A stretch of 64,000 nt of DNA from an uncultured bacterium (GCA_963705505.1 CAVPJU010000008.1:96001-160000), one strand, 5' to 3'; counted from the first letter of the stretch, positions 1 to 9,575 are shown. Notes: a model not told the origin generated them from the sequence alone. Translations and numbers: made by a program.

Positions 1-252
1 GGTGTCGATACGGGATTCCGCGATTATGGGAACGCCTTCGATTGTCTCGGGAACATTGAAGAAGCGGCTGAAAGCGTTCTCTCCTTTATCGGCGAGATAG
101 CGCGAAGGCTGCCAGAATATGACGAGGGCTCTATTCGTATCTTTCGCGTAGCGCCATGCGCTGGCCGCCGCCATGAGATTGTCGCCGAGGCCGCTGTTCC
201 GGTGCGAAATAATTACTCTCGGATGTTTTTTGAGTAATTTCAGAAGGAACAT
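1..252 (-). CDS. nodZ: NodZ-like alpha-1,6-fucosyltransferase (GT23), N-terminal part; runs off the window start
   Basis: Manual translation from ATG at 252: MFLLKLLKKHPRVIISHRNSGLGDNLMAAASAWRYAKDTNRALVIFWQPSRYLADKGENAFSRFFNVPETIEGVPII. This follows the rhizobial NodZ N-terminal pattern (GFGD..SAWxYAxxTxRTLxIDW..S.Y...NAF..FF..IxGVPVI). Confidence 0.7.
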   Translation of the reverse strand, partial: MFLLKLLKKHPRVIISHRNSGLGDNLMAAASAWRYAKDTNRALVIFWQPSRYLADKGENAFSRFFNVPETIEGVPIIAESRIDT

Positions 253-731
253 GTTTGACGTTATTATGACTGATTAAATGAAGTGGTTCTAAAGAATGGA
301 AAGTTAAGATTTGTCCGTGAGAGCCTGAAGCAATGTACGGGGCAGGGAAACTTTCTATTGCAATTTCTCAACAGTCCTCAAATTGTTCAAACGGGGTGAT
401 TAAGAGATCTCTACGAATCTCAGATCCACCCCGTCATATTGCATTCACTCATCTGTACTCAACCGAGCCTCGTCCGCGCATCCCCCCACGCGAGTCCGGT
501 CCCCGGGGCATAAGACAATACGTATCTCATTTTTTTGCGAGATTAACTAATAATTTCAGCGGACAAAGCAGCTTTTTGCCAAGTCGAAATTTTGTGCAAT
601 AACACACAAATGCGTCATTTGGCGCTAAATTCTCGGGCGTGGTAAACCGGGTATCGTTAACACCGCCCAAACTTTTTAAGTATGATAAATTAAGTATCGT
701 AATGAGTTCGCTTTATCGAGGGGAATAAAAT

Positions 732-1187
732 ATGGCTTCCAAGAAAAAGTACCAGTCCCTATCACTTGGCGGTTATCTGTACAAGTTTCATGCAAAGGGC
801 GAAGACACGGGGGGAGCTTACACATTTTTCGAAGCGTTTGTCCCGCCCAGGGACATAGGTCCGCCGCCGCACGTACACAGGAACGAGGACGTCGCATTCT
901 ATATAATTGACGGCCTATTCACATTCTCACTCGACGGAGTTGAATTTAAAGCAAAAACGGGAGACTTCGTATTTCTGCCCAGGGGACTCACGCACTGGAA
1001 AAGGAATGAATCGGACTCTGTAGGAAAGATGGTCGTTATCTCGAACCCGTCGGGCTTCGAGAAGTATTTTGACAGAGCGGGGACCCTCGTGGAGGACGAT
1101 ACGGAAATGCCGCCGACGCCGACAAACGAGGAGCTCATAAGACTGGTACAGGAAGCCCCGAACTTCGGTATAGAGATGTTTCTCTGA
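732..1187 (+). CDS. Cupin-domain protein (quercetin 2,3-dioxygenase-like), paralog 1
   Basis: GEDTGGAY, GPPPHVHRNEDVAFYIIDG and GDFVFLPRGLTH cupin motifs, plus PSGFEKYF. Confidence 0.85.
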   Translation: MASKKKYQSLSLGGYLYKFHAKGEDTGGAYTFFEAFVPPRDIGPPPHVHRNEDVAFYIIDGLFTFSLDGVEFKAKTGDFVFLPRGLTHWKRNESDSVGKMVVISNPSGFEKYFDRAGTLVEDDTEMPPTPTNEELIRLVQEAPNFGIEMFL

Positions 1188-1251
1188 AGCCCGGGGCCCG
1201 AAATTCTAAAAGTGAATATATTTCAAGACCGATCTTTAGTGAGAGGGAGAA

Positions 1252-1713
1252 ATGCAAATGAATCCTATAAAGAAACATAAGTCAGTAGCTGTGGTCGGCA
1301 CAGTTTACAAATACCTCGCGACCGGAGAGGATACCGGAGGCGCATACGCGCTGTTTGAATCCCTTGTGCCCCCTAATGACCCAGGCCCGCCGCCCCATTT
1401 ACACCGGAACGAAGACGAAGGCTTCTACATCCTCGAAGGAGACTTCACGTTCTCATTGGGAGATAAGGAATACCACCTGAGGACGGGTGATTTCATTTTC
1501 CTCCCGCGCGGCATCAGGCACTCGTACAGGAACAATTCGGACACCGTGGCAAGGCAGCTGGTACTCGTCAACCCGTCAGGCTTCGAGAAATTCTTCGACG
1601 CCGTGGGCGAGCCGGTCGAGGACGATACAAAACTTCCTCCCCCTCCATCTAGTGAGCATATCCAGAAAATTATCGAGGAAGCCCCTAAATTCGGAATCGA
1701 GCTATTCCTCTGA
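1252..1713 (+). CDS. Cupin-domain protein (quercetin 2,3-dioxygenase-like), paralog 2
   Basis: GEDTGGAY, GPPPHLHRNEDEGFYILEG and GDFIFLPRGIRH; highly similar to the 732-1187 product. Confidence 0.88.
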   Translation: MQMNPIKKHKSVAVVGTVYKYLATGEDTGGAYALFESLVPPNDPGPPPHLHRNEDEGFYILEGDFTFSLGDKEYHLRTGDFIFLPRGIRHSYRNNSDTVARQLVLVNPSGFEKFFDAVGEPVEDDTKLPPPPSSEHIQKIIEEAPKFGIELFL

Positions 1714-1750
1714 GAATCAAAGTCTCCCCGCTTTTACAGATGTTTCCCGG

Positions 1751-1789
1751 AAAAAGAAAACCTGCCGTCTTTAGCAGTAAGACGGCAGG
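1751..1789 (-). terminator. Rho-independent terminator for the porin (possibly bidirectional)
   Basis: CCTGCCGTCTT-tagcagt-AAGACGGCAGG stem (1761-1789) with an A-tract at 1751-1760 (U-tract on the minus strand), between convergent genes. Confidence 0.8.
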
Positions 1790-1828
1790 CTTATTAAAGG
1801 AGGGATGAGAGACTAGTTGTATCCTTAA

Positions 1829-3244
1829 CTAAAAATTAGCCTGGAGCTGTGCTCTCACTACATTCGCATCCACATCGGGAGCGTCCTGGGTAGCCTCGTT
1901 CCTCTGGAACGTATAATTCAGCTGGACCTTCCATCTGTGGTCATGCGAAATGTAGTAGTTTAATGCCGGTGTAAGCTCCCATTGCTTGCTGGGTAAGCTC
2001 GTATCCGGGGGGACGACTCCAGAGCTCGTATCGAAGTCTATCAATGCGTACCTCGCCGCCAGCTCTACCGTCTTCGGCAGCAGGAACACGCCCGCCTGTA
2101 CCCTGAACCCCTGGTCGTATGCCGTGCTCTGGCCGGTATCGGGATTGAGCCACCTGCCTTCGTATTCCGCCTCGACGTTGAAGTACTTCATTTTGAAGTT
2201 TATGTCACCCGTAATCTGCGTGAAGTCCGTCGTCTGGAACCCAAGCTGGCTGATCCTCGGGCAAACTCCGCCGTTCGGTACATCCCTGTCGCAGTTAAGC
2301 CCCGGTATTGTAGCCGCTGCAAAACCGACTGCGAATGTGGGGTTTTTAGCAAAGTTGGGAACTATGTCGTATGCTTTCGCGGTGGCAAAAGCTCCGTTCG
2401 CGTTGAACTTATAATCATCGTCTCCCGCCAGGCCCAACTGAACCCTGCCGACGTAGAGCAAGTTCGAGTCAAGGTTTGTAACGCCTTTTGAGCTGTTGTT
2501 CCCCTGCGCATTAAACACACCGGCGCTATACGAAAAGTTGTTCTTCGCCCCGATGCCGCCCATCAATGCCGCGCCCCGCGTCCTCTCAAGAGAAAATTGA
2601 TTGTTGACTATGGACCTTTCGATTATCTGCAGCGACGCCGTAGAAGTGAGCTCTTCCCTGTTGAAAGGGACCTTCCACTGTCCCACCCTGGGACCGATCT
2701 CCTTCTGATAGGCCGCGGTCAGATAAGCGTCCTTGAGGAGAGTACTGCTGGCCGGGTCTATCATTAACATATAATAGAACCAGGGCGCGAAAGCATACCC
2801 GTCCCACCTCAACTCGAATCTCCGAATGTTAAAATTGGTCTGCGTAAGCTTCTTGTCCGTATCATTCACAAAGAGCTGGATTTGAGCTAAGCTGCTGAAT
2901 CTCGTCTTAAACTTAAAACCTTTGTCGTCAGACGTCTCGAAAACAAAACCCTTATCATACTTAGCTAAAAACTTGTTATACCAGGCGTCTTTGTCCTGCT
3001 CCTTCCCCGCCGCAATCAGCTCGGCTGTCTTCTGCTGATCGGATGCCCTATCGGCCTGAAGATTGTCGATCTGCTGCTTCAACTCTTGTATCTGCTTCTG
3101 GTTCTGGAGCTGTATAATCTCGATCTGCTTCTTCAGCTCCTCTATCTGCTGCTTCGTCGACTGAGCATGCGAGCTCAAGGGGCAAAGCAGTATCAGGAAA
3201 AAGATAACCAGAGCCTCCTTGTTGCTTATAAACTTACTTATCAT
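1829..3244 (-). CDS. OprO/OprP-family anion-selective porin with N-terminal coiled coil
   Basis: Signal peptide, Gln-rich coiled coil, FNIRRFEL, LKDAYL, VGQWKVPFNREEL, IERSIVNNQF motifs and C-terminal Phe. Confidence 0.8.
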   Translation of the reverse strand: MISKFISNKEALVIFFLILLCPLSSHAQSTKQQIEELKKQIEIIQLQNQKQIQELKQQIDNLQADRASDQQKTAELIAAGKEQDKDAWYNKFLAKYDKGFVFETSDDKGFKFKTRFSSLAQIQLFVNDTDKKLTQTNFNIRRFELRWDGYAFAPWFYYMLMIDPASSTLLKDAYLTAAYQKEIGPRVGQWKVPFNREELTSTASLQIIERSIVNNQFSLERTRGAALMGGIGAKNNFSYSAGVFNAQGNNSSKGVTNLDSNLLYVGRVQLGLAGDDDYKFNANGAFATAKAYDIVPNFAKNPTFAVGFAAATIPGLNCDRDVPNGGVCPRISQLGFQTTDFTQITGDINFKMKYFNVEAEYEGRWLNPDTGQSTAYDQGFRVQAGVFLLPKTVELAARYALIDFDTSSGVVPPDTSLPSKQWELTPALNYYISHDHRWKVQLNYTFQRNEATQDAPDVDANVVRAQLQANF

Positions 3245-3286
3245 CTTACTGATCCTCCTGTAATAGTTTTTTTTACCGCCGGTCGG

Positions 3287-3949
3287 TCATTTCAGATACG
3301 ACCCGCCTGCAGACTTTAAATCCGGTCGTCTGTACCTCGAATACCTGACACTCCTTTCATTCCTTAATCGATCCGTTATGGGCACGCCGAGCGCCAATGA
3401 CAGACCCCGCCTCAGGGGCTCCAGTTTCTCCCTGAATGCTCTGAGACCCTTCACATAAGCAGCCGGATTGTTTTGCCATAACTTGAAGTTGTCGAATACG
3501 CGTTTTAGCTTTTCCTTCGCTTCGGGCGAATCAAATCTCCAGTTAAAGTCCCCTTCGATCGGATAAAAGGTTTGAAAGAACAAAAGCTGCTTTATGACGC
3601 TCCGATGATCCTCGACATAATAAAGGTCAAAGAAGCCCGTCCGCGCCCAGCTGTACCCGCTGCCGAAGCTCTCGGCAAAATTGTCTTCCAGTCCTAAATT
3701 CTTCCCGGCGATTTTCGCGAGGTTCACATACACATAAGCCGCCTCCGGAGTGAAATATCCGTGCTCCGGAAATCCCTCGTCCAGCCGGTTGAGGCTGTTT
3801 ACCAGATAGAGCCCGCTATAATTTTTCGCGAACCTTGTGCCGGGTATCGCCCCGAAGTCCAATTCTCCGATGTCCCCGATTTCATTAAGCGAGGTACTGA
3901 TGTTCTCCCATTCCCGTTTTGCTATCCTGATAGTTTCTTCCGATTTCAT
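3287..3949 (-). CDS. Hypothetical protein (220 aa)
   Basis: Long ORF with upstream GGAG, co-oriented between the ABC genes and the porin; no recognisable family. Confidence 0.6.
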   Translation of the reverse strand: MKSEETIRIAKREWENISTSLNEIGDIGELDFGAIPGTRFAKNYSGLYLVNSLNRLDEGFPEHGYFTPEAAYVYVNLAKIAGKNLGLEDNFAESFGSGYSWARTGFFDLYYVEDHRSVIKQLLFFQTFYPIEGDFNWRFDSPEAKEKLKRVFDNFKLWQNNPAAYVKGLRAFREKLEPLRRGLSLALGVPITDRLRNERSVRYSRYRRPDLKSAGGSYLK

Positions 3950-4198
3950 TTTCTTCTCCGTGTAAATTTCCTTTTGCTTTTTTGCGCAGAACTCCCCCGT
4001 AAAGTTGTATTTATGAAAACCAACTTTTTAAGATTCGCGGAAATTCCCGCAACTCTCCCGTGCGCCCGTACACAAGCGTCAGACGACAGGATTCTCCGAT
4101 TGTCTGTCAGGAATTAATTACAGTCAGGACAACAGTAGTACGTACCTCTCAGCTTAATGCGGTGATTAAGGGTTATGAGATTATTGAGAGATGGGTGC

Positions 4199-4960
4199 TT
4201 AAGCATTGAGGAGCCCCCATCTTTCTCTTACCCGGTTCTCGAGCTTCGTGAACACGAACCTGTCGACCGTTATGCCTATTACGATGATGATTATCATAAC
4301 GGCCATCACCTGGCTTATGTCGTTGAGCTCCCTCCCCATTGTAAGGAGGTGTCCGAGCCCGATGCTTACATACAACAGCTCTCCCGCCATGAGAGCGCGC
4401 CACGCGAAAGACCAGCCCTGTTTGAGCCCGCTTATAATGGAGGGCATAGCCGCCGGAATTATCACCCTCGTATATAGGTTGAACCCTCCCGCCCCCATAG
4501 TCCTCGCGGCCCTGAGATATATGGGCGGAACATTCTTGACGCCGGAATCGACGCCGATTGTGATAGCGAAGAGCGAGCCCAGCACCACCACCATGACTAT
4601 AGCGTTTTCGCTCAGCCCGAACCAGAGGAGCGCTATAGGCAGCCAGCATATGCTCGGGAGCGCCTGGAACCCGAGAACGATCGTGCCTATCGTCTCGTCG
4701 AGCAGCTTCACCCTCCCGATTGCGAGACCGATGAGGACGCCGCCCACTATGGACAGCCCGAAACCTATCAGCACCCTCTTCATGCTGACCAGGATGCCGA
4801 TCGTGAAGCTGTTATCCTCGAATCCCGCAATCAGCGACTGCGCCACGCCCAGAGGAGAAGGGAACAGGTACGGGGGCCAGATGCGGAGTTCCGCAACACC
4901 CTGCCATATACCGATGAGGAGGACATAAAAAACGGTCAGTTTAATTATTTTCCCTTTCAT
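4199..4960 (-). CDS. ABC transporter permease, SsuC/TauC/NitT family
   Basis: FPSPLGV, FQALPSICWLPIALLWFG, EAA-like RAARTMGA, GWSFAWRALMAGE. Confidence 0.92.
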   Translation of the reverse strand: MKGKIIKLTVFYVLLIGIWQGVAELRIWPPYLFPSPLGVAQSLIAGFEDNSFTIGILVSMKRVLIGFGLSIVGGVLIGLAIGRVKLLDETIGTIVLGFQALPSICWLPIALLWFGLSENAIVMVVVLGSLFAITIGVDSGVKNVPPIYLRAARTMGAGGFNLYTRVIIPAAMPSIISGLKQGWSFAWRALMAGELLYVSIGLGHLLTMGRELNDISQVMAVMIIIIVIGITVDRFVFTKLENRVRERWGLLNA

Positions 4961-6015
4961 CAGCTGGCCGCCTCTCTTATTTCTCCTGCAGCATCCTCAC
5001 CGTCGTCCCTTATCTCGTCCGTGATCCACTTGGTGTTGAGGAACACTTCCGGATTGCCGGGCTTCCTCGGCCTGTCGATTTCTATATCGTGCTCCGATTT
5101 AATCTTCCCGGGGTTCTTCGTGAAGACGAGCACCCTGTCCCCGAGGATTACGGCTTCCTCGACATTGTGCGTAACGAAAATAATGGTCTTATGGGACTCT
5201 ACCCATATCCTCTGAAGCTCGTCCTGAAGAGACTCTCTCGTCTGGATGTCGAGTGCGGCAAAAGGCTCGTCCATCAGCAGAATGGAAGGCTCCATGACGA
5301 GCGCCCTCGCAAGCGCGACCCGCTGTTTCATACCTCCCGAGAGTTGGTGGATATACGATTTATGGAACTTCTCGTCGAGCCCGACGAGCTTCAGATAATC
5401 GTATGCGAGCTCTCGTCTTATTTTTTGGGCAACCCTTCTCAATTTAAGCCCGAACTCCACGTTCTCGGTCACGGTCAGCCACGGAAAGAGGGCGCCCTCC
5501 TGGAAAACTACCACTCTATCGGAGCCGGGTCCCTCCACGCGCTTCCCGTCAGCGAGTATACGGCCGCTCGAAGGTTTATCGAGCCCCGCGATCAGGTTAA
5601 GCAGCGTGGACTTCCCGCACCCGGAAGACCCCACTATCGAGACGAATTCCCCGTCCCGTATCGTGAGGTTTATATCGCTCAGAGCGGAAACTTTACCTTC
5701 CTTCGTATTGAATGCTTTCGATACGTTTTCCACCCTGAGCCTCGCCTCTTTCTTCTCTACCTTCTGAATGAAAATATTCCAGAGCCCTTCCTGCTCCACG
5801 ACCCGGTAGGGATACCCCCTCCTCTCGCAGAACCTGGGTGCGTTCTCGAGCGCCGTCGCCTCGTGGTCCGATATCGCGAGAAGCACCGCGTCGTCGTCGA
5901 GCGCCCTGATCGTATCCCTTATTACGTTCAGGGGATGAGGGCATATCGCATCCCTCAAATCCAACACCCTGTCGGGCTTCAGTACTTCTAATTTCTTCAC
6001 CTGTTCCAAATGCAT
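4960..6015 (-). CDS. TusA/SirA-like sulfur-carrier domain fused to a SsuB/TauB-family ABC ATPase
   Basis: N-terminal LDLRDAICPHP...ISDH...PRFCERRGY...IFIQK, then Walker A GSSGCGKST, LSGGMKQR signature, LLMDEPF and FVTH. Confidence 0.85.
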   Translation of the reverse strand: MHLEQVKKLEVLKPDRVLDLRDAICPHPLNVIRDTIRALDDDAVLLAISDHEATALENAPRFCERRGYPYRVVEQEGLWNIFIQKVEKKEARLRVENVSKAFNTKEGKVSALSDINLTIRDGEFVSIVGSSGCGKSTLLNLIAGLDKPSSGRILADGKRVEGPGSDRVVVFQEGALFPWLTVTENVEFGLKLRRVAQKIRRELAYDYLKLVGLDEKFHKSYIHQLSGGMKQRVALARALVMEPSILLMDEPFAALDIQTRESLQDELQRIWVESHKTIIFVTHNVEEAVILGDRVLVFTKNPGKIKSEHDIEIDRPRKPGNPEVFLNTKWITDEIRDDGEDAAGEIREAAS

Positions 6016-6038
6016 CTGGTTTCCTTTTAGTCAGACGT

Positions 6039-7097
6039 TTATTTTTCCGCAGACTGCCGGTCGTTGATTTTTATCTCTTTGAGGCCTTTTTCCTTCAGTA
6101 TACCGTTCAAAATGGAGAGGTCATAAATATTCGAGAGGTCCGGCTCTTTCTTGCCGAGGAAACCAAGCTTGTAGGCGTCCTGTGCGGATTGGAAAAGGGA
6201 GCTCGCGATCGGGTCGTACGTAAACTGTATCCTAGGCAGGGCCGCGTCCAGAATGTTCTGGGGCAATGCTTTCCCGGTCTCCCTCTTGATCTCCTGATTA
6301 AGCACCACCTTCGCCTCATCGGGGTTTTTATTTATCCAGTCGGTTATCTGAAGATTGGTTTCAAGCCATGTCTTTACAAGGTCGGGATGCTCTTTCAGAA
6401 ACTTGGTGCTGACGATAATATGAGTGGTTACATATTGACCGTTCGGCCAGAGTTCTTTCTCGTCGAGGAAAAGCTCCCCGCCGCCGTCGGATATCAACCT
6501 CGAAACCCACGGTTCGACTGTCCATGCACCGTCTATCTCCTTTTTAATAAATAGAGTCAGCTGGTCCGGGTTTTCGAGCGGTATGACCTCGACGGTCCCC
6601 CCTTTCTCCTTAAGCTGATAACCGTTCTCGCCAAGCCAGTTCCTGAGAGCAACGTCCTGTGTGTTTCCTATGCTTGGTGTAGCGATCTTCTTCCCGTTAA
6701 AGTCCTTAGCCGACGTTATACCGGCATCCTTTCTCACGACGAGCCCCGCACCCCCGCTGGCAGCGCCTGATACAATTCTCAAAGCCTCACCGTCTGATTT
6801 TATGTACCCGTTGACGGCAGGGTTTGGTCCGATGTACGTAATATCGAGCTCCCCTGCAAAAAGTGCTTCGATAGCAGAGGTTCCTGAATTGAAGAGCTTC
6901 CAGTCTATATAAGCTTTATCCCCGAGCGCCTTCTCGAAATCTCCCCTCGCCTGCCCTATAACCCCCTGGGCATGGGTTACGTTCGGGAAATGACCCGCGC
7001 GTATCCTTACTTTATTATCCTGTGCTCCAAAACTCACAGCCGAGCCTATCAAGCCCAGCGCAAGTCCCGCAGCTAAAATCAATGACTTTAATTTCAT
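6039..7097 (-). CDS. ABC transporter substrate-binding protein, aliphatic sulfonate (SsuA/TauA/NMT1) family
   Basis: Start chosen at ATG 7097 behind GGAGGA; signal peptide; GHFPNVTHA, YIGPNPA, ATPSIGNTQD, WTVEPW. Confidence 0.9.
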   Translation of the reverse strand: MKLKSLILAAGLALGLIGSAVSFGAQDNKVRIRAGHFPNVTHAQGVIGQARGDFEKALGDKAYIDWKLFNSGTSAIEALFAGELDITYIGPNPAVNGYIKSDGEALRIVSGAASGGAGLVVRKDAGITSAKDFNGKKIATPSIGNTQDVALRNWLGENGYQLKEKGGTVEVIPLENPDQLTLFIKKEIDGAWTVEPWVSRLISDGGGELFLDEKELWPNGQYVTTHIIVSTKFLKEHPDLVKTWLETNLQITDWINKNPDEAKVVLNQEIKRETGKALPQNILDAALPRIQFTYDPIASSLFQSAQDAYKLGFLGKKEPDLSNIYDLSILNGILKEKGLKEIKINDRQSAEK

Positions 7098-7253
7098 TAC
7101 GTTTTCCTCCTTAATTATCTTGGTGGAAATATATTGCAAGCCCCGTGCCATAATCAAAATTCCCTTTATTTTAGAGCAATTCAGCCCGATTTAGGGTTCA
7201 AACGGTTACTTAATAATCATCCTGCGGTTACATACTGCACAGATGAATAATGC

Positions 7254-8390
7254 TTATGAGCCGATTATCTCAGTGATCGTGCGGGGATATCCGTGTGGCT
7301 CTGCCTTCAATCGTCCAAGTACTTCCCGACTCTCCGAGACAAGCATCCGCACAAGCTCCTCCGCCGTGCATCTCCTCGACATCGGGGAGCCCTGCCCCGC
7401 CCAGAGGGACATGAATTGAGGATCCCCCTTCGCCCTCGATGCGGTCCTGATGGGCCTCGTGAGATAATTCTGAATCGGATATGCAGGGACCTTATCCTCG
7501 AGCTTAACCATCTCATCGAAAAACCGGTTCTTTATACCCCGCGCGTACTTCCCCGTGTACACCCTCGTCAATACCGTGCTCGTATCCTCAGAATTCAGGA
7601 GCGCGTCGAGCCACGGCGCGGATACGGCAGCTTCCGTGCAGCTCAGGAACGCGGTGCCCATCTGTACGGCCGACGCGCCGAGCGCGAGAGCGGCTAAGAT
7701 ACCGCGTCCGTCCATTATCCCTCCCGAGCATATTACTGGCACGCCGACCTTGTCGGCTAACTGGGGAACGAGCGATATTCCGCCTATCATCGGCGCACCT
7801 CCCGTCGATGCGAACGTCCCCCTGTGCGCCCCCGCTTCGCTCCCCTGCGCAATGACTGGCGGTGCATCCTGCTTCTTCGAGCATCACTCCTTCGCCGACG
7901 CATGTGGCCGTGCCTATGACGGCAGCCTTCTTTCTCAGAAGCTCCTTTATGTGCTTACGCTTCGGGATTCCGAATGTGAAGCTGAATACAGGGACGTTGT
8001 TATCGAGAACTAGCTCCGAGCTGTTCCTCGAAGGAGAAGTCGGGCTCTTCTTCGGCTCCGGGTAAGTTGTGCTCCGACCTCCCCCGCGATCTCAGCGAGC
8101 TTCTTCATCACTCTCGCGGAGGTTTTCCTGCGCCTTATTTTCTCGGGCGCGAACAGGTTAACGGCAAAAGGTTTGTTCGTGAGCGTGCGTATCTTACGTA
8201 TCGCGGAATCTATCTCGCCGGGCGAAAGGTATCCTCCTGGGAACGAGCCCAATCCGCCCGCGTTAGAGACGGCGGCGACTAATTCAGGCGTCGTCGGCCC
8301 GCCCGCCATGGGCGCCTGAATTATCGGGTGCTCTATACCCAGCATATCGCGAAGTTTTTTTGTTTGCTCCGGCCAGAAATCCGAATTCAT
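7254..8390 (-). pseudogene. Nitronate monooxygenase family flavoenzyme, split by frameshifts (pseudogene or sequence error)
   Basis: PIIQAPMAGGPTTPELVAAVSNAGGLG in 8010-8390 and GGIMDGRG, VQMGTAF, MSLWAGQG in 7254-7790, in different frames. Confidence 0.85.
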
Positions 8391-8557
8391 AGTATCCCCC
8401 TAATAGAACGGCCAAAGATGATTGGCTTAGTTTACATGATAGAGATAAGGGATTGGTTTTACAATCGAAATACAGTCAGATTATTCCCAATAGCTATAAT
8501 TCAAAGCCACACAAATTATCTATTCTATAAATATTAAATCTATGTTAGAGTTATTAA

Positions 8558-9124
8558 ATGTATGCTAGATTTAAAAAAACCAGAAATGCGAATAATGATA
8601 TTCACTATGAATTTATTGAGCAAATATCTTTATTTGGTTGTAACAATGGGTTCATCCCACGGCTTCTACAATTAAAAACATCCCCCGGTCAAAATGAACC
8701 ATATTATTGGCATCTTAATATTGAGACAGAACTCATGAAAACTACAGAATATTCTAATTCAACATTCGTTATCGATTTAAAACCGAAACAAAATAAAACA
8801 AATCTTTCTCTTTATGAAGTCTTAGATGTTTGGGGACAATCAGATACAGGCTGGACACCTATATTATTGCATTTGTCTGGATTGTTTGTGGATGAAGACC
8901 CTAATTCTATAAACCGTAATTACTTCACCAGGAATGAAAGTCAAATTGACGGCCCAATATATGAAGTACTCTATCTTGATGGTTCAGTTGTGAACGGAAA
9001 ACTAATTGGCAAATGGACAGCACCGCCAGCAAGTCCCACCAACGCTACGCTTCTTTGGCCGAGTACGTTACAATATTTCGTGAGATGTATAAAGGAATGC
9101 TCACCCGGGGTGTTGAATTTTTGA
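8558..9124 (+). CDS. Hypothetical protein (188 aa), AT-rich
   Basis: Intact ORF within a visibly AT-rich stretch; no family recognised. Confidence 0.65.
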   Translation: MYARFKKTRNANNDIHYEFIEQISLFGCNNGFIPRLLQLKTSPGQNEPYYWHLNIETELMKTTEYSNSTFVIDLKPKQNKTNLSLYEVLDVWGQSDTGWTPILLHLSGLFVDEDPNSINRNYFTRNESQIDGPIYEVLYLDGSVVNGKLIGKWTAPPASPTNATLLWPSTLQYFVRCIKECSPGVLNF

Positions 9125-9158
9125 AAAGAACGAATGCCTTACCTTCACTATTTGCCGA

Positions 9159-9335
9159 CTATTTCCTGTACGCGTCCCGCCCTCTGTGTTCGAGCGGCGG
9201 AATGATATCGAAGAGCCTTATTTCAGGAGTGTAGAACGACATTATAGCGTCGACGTCTCCTCTCCGCATCGCCTCTCTCCAATTATCGATAAGGCTCCTA
9301 ATCTCCGTTTCTTGATTTGCTTTCTTTGTGCTCAT
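9159..9335 (-). pseudogene. Truncated SnoaL/DUF4440 (NTF2-like) protein
   Basis: AAGGAG RBS; MSTKKANQETEIRSLIDNWREAMRRGDVDAIMSFYTPEIRLFDIIPPLEHRGRDAYRK* stops after 58 aa, roughly half the usual length. Confidence 0.7.
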
Positions 9336-9575
9336 AATTATTCTCCTTTATGTTTGTTTACAGATATACGACGAATGAGCGGGTGATTTCAGGACAAACA
9401 CTTTGAATTTTTTTCATCCCCCGGACCTTCCCTTACTAATTATACGCGGTTCGATGTCCCGGAACTACCTAAAATTCAGGGTGGGTTCAAGATTCTAATC
9501 TGTAACACCCGTCTACTGAGCGGCGAATCGTTTCCACGCGATTGAGCCGCAATTCACGTTCGGCGAAGGTCGCGG

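Noticed and set aside
333..602. 89-aa ORF between the nodZ-like gene and the cupins
   Set aside because: No RBS or recognisable motif; more likely a divergent promoter region
3950..4198. Riboswitch (e.g. SAM) in the gap after the ABC permease
   Set aside because: Only short repeats (AAAGTTG/CAACTTT and TCCTGAC twice); no known aptamer consensus recognised
5089..5991. 300-aa plus-strand ORF and many similar long antisense ORFs in the track
   Set aside because: They are shadows of well-supported genes on the opposite strand in GC-rich DNA and have no motifs of their own
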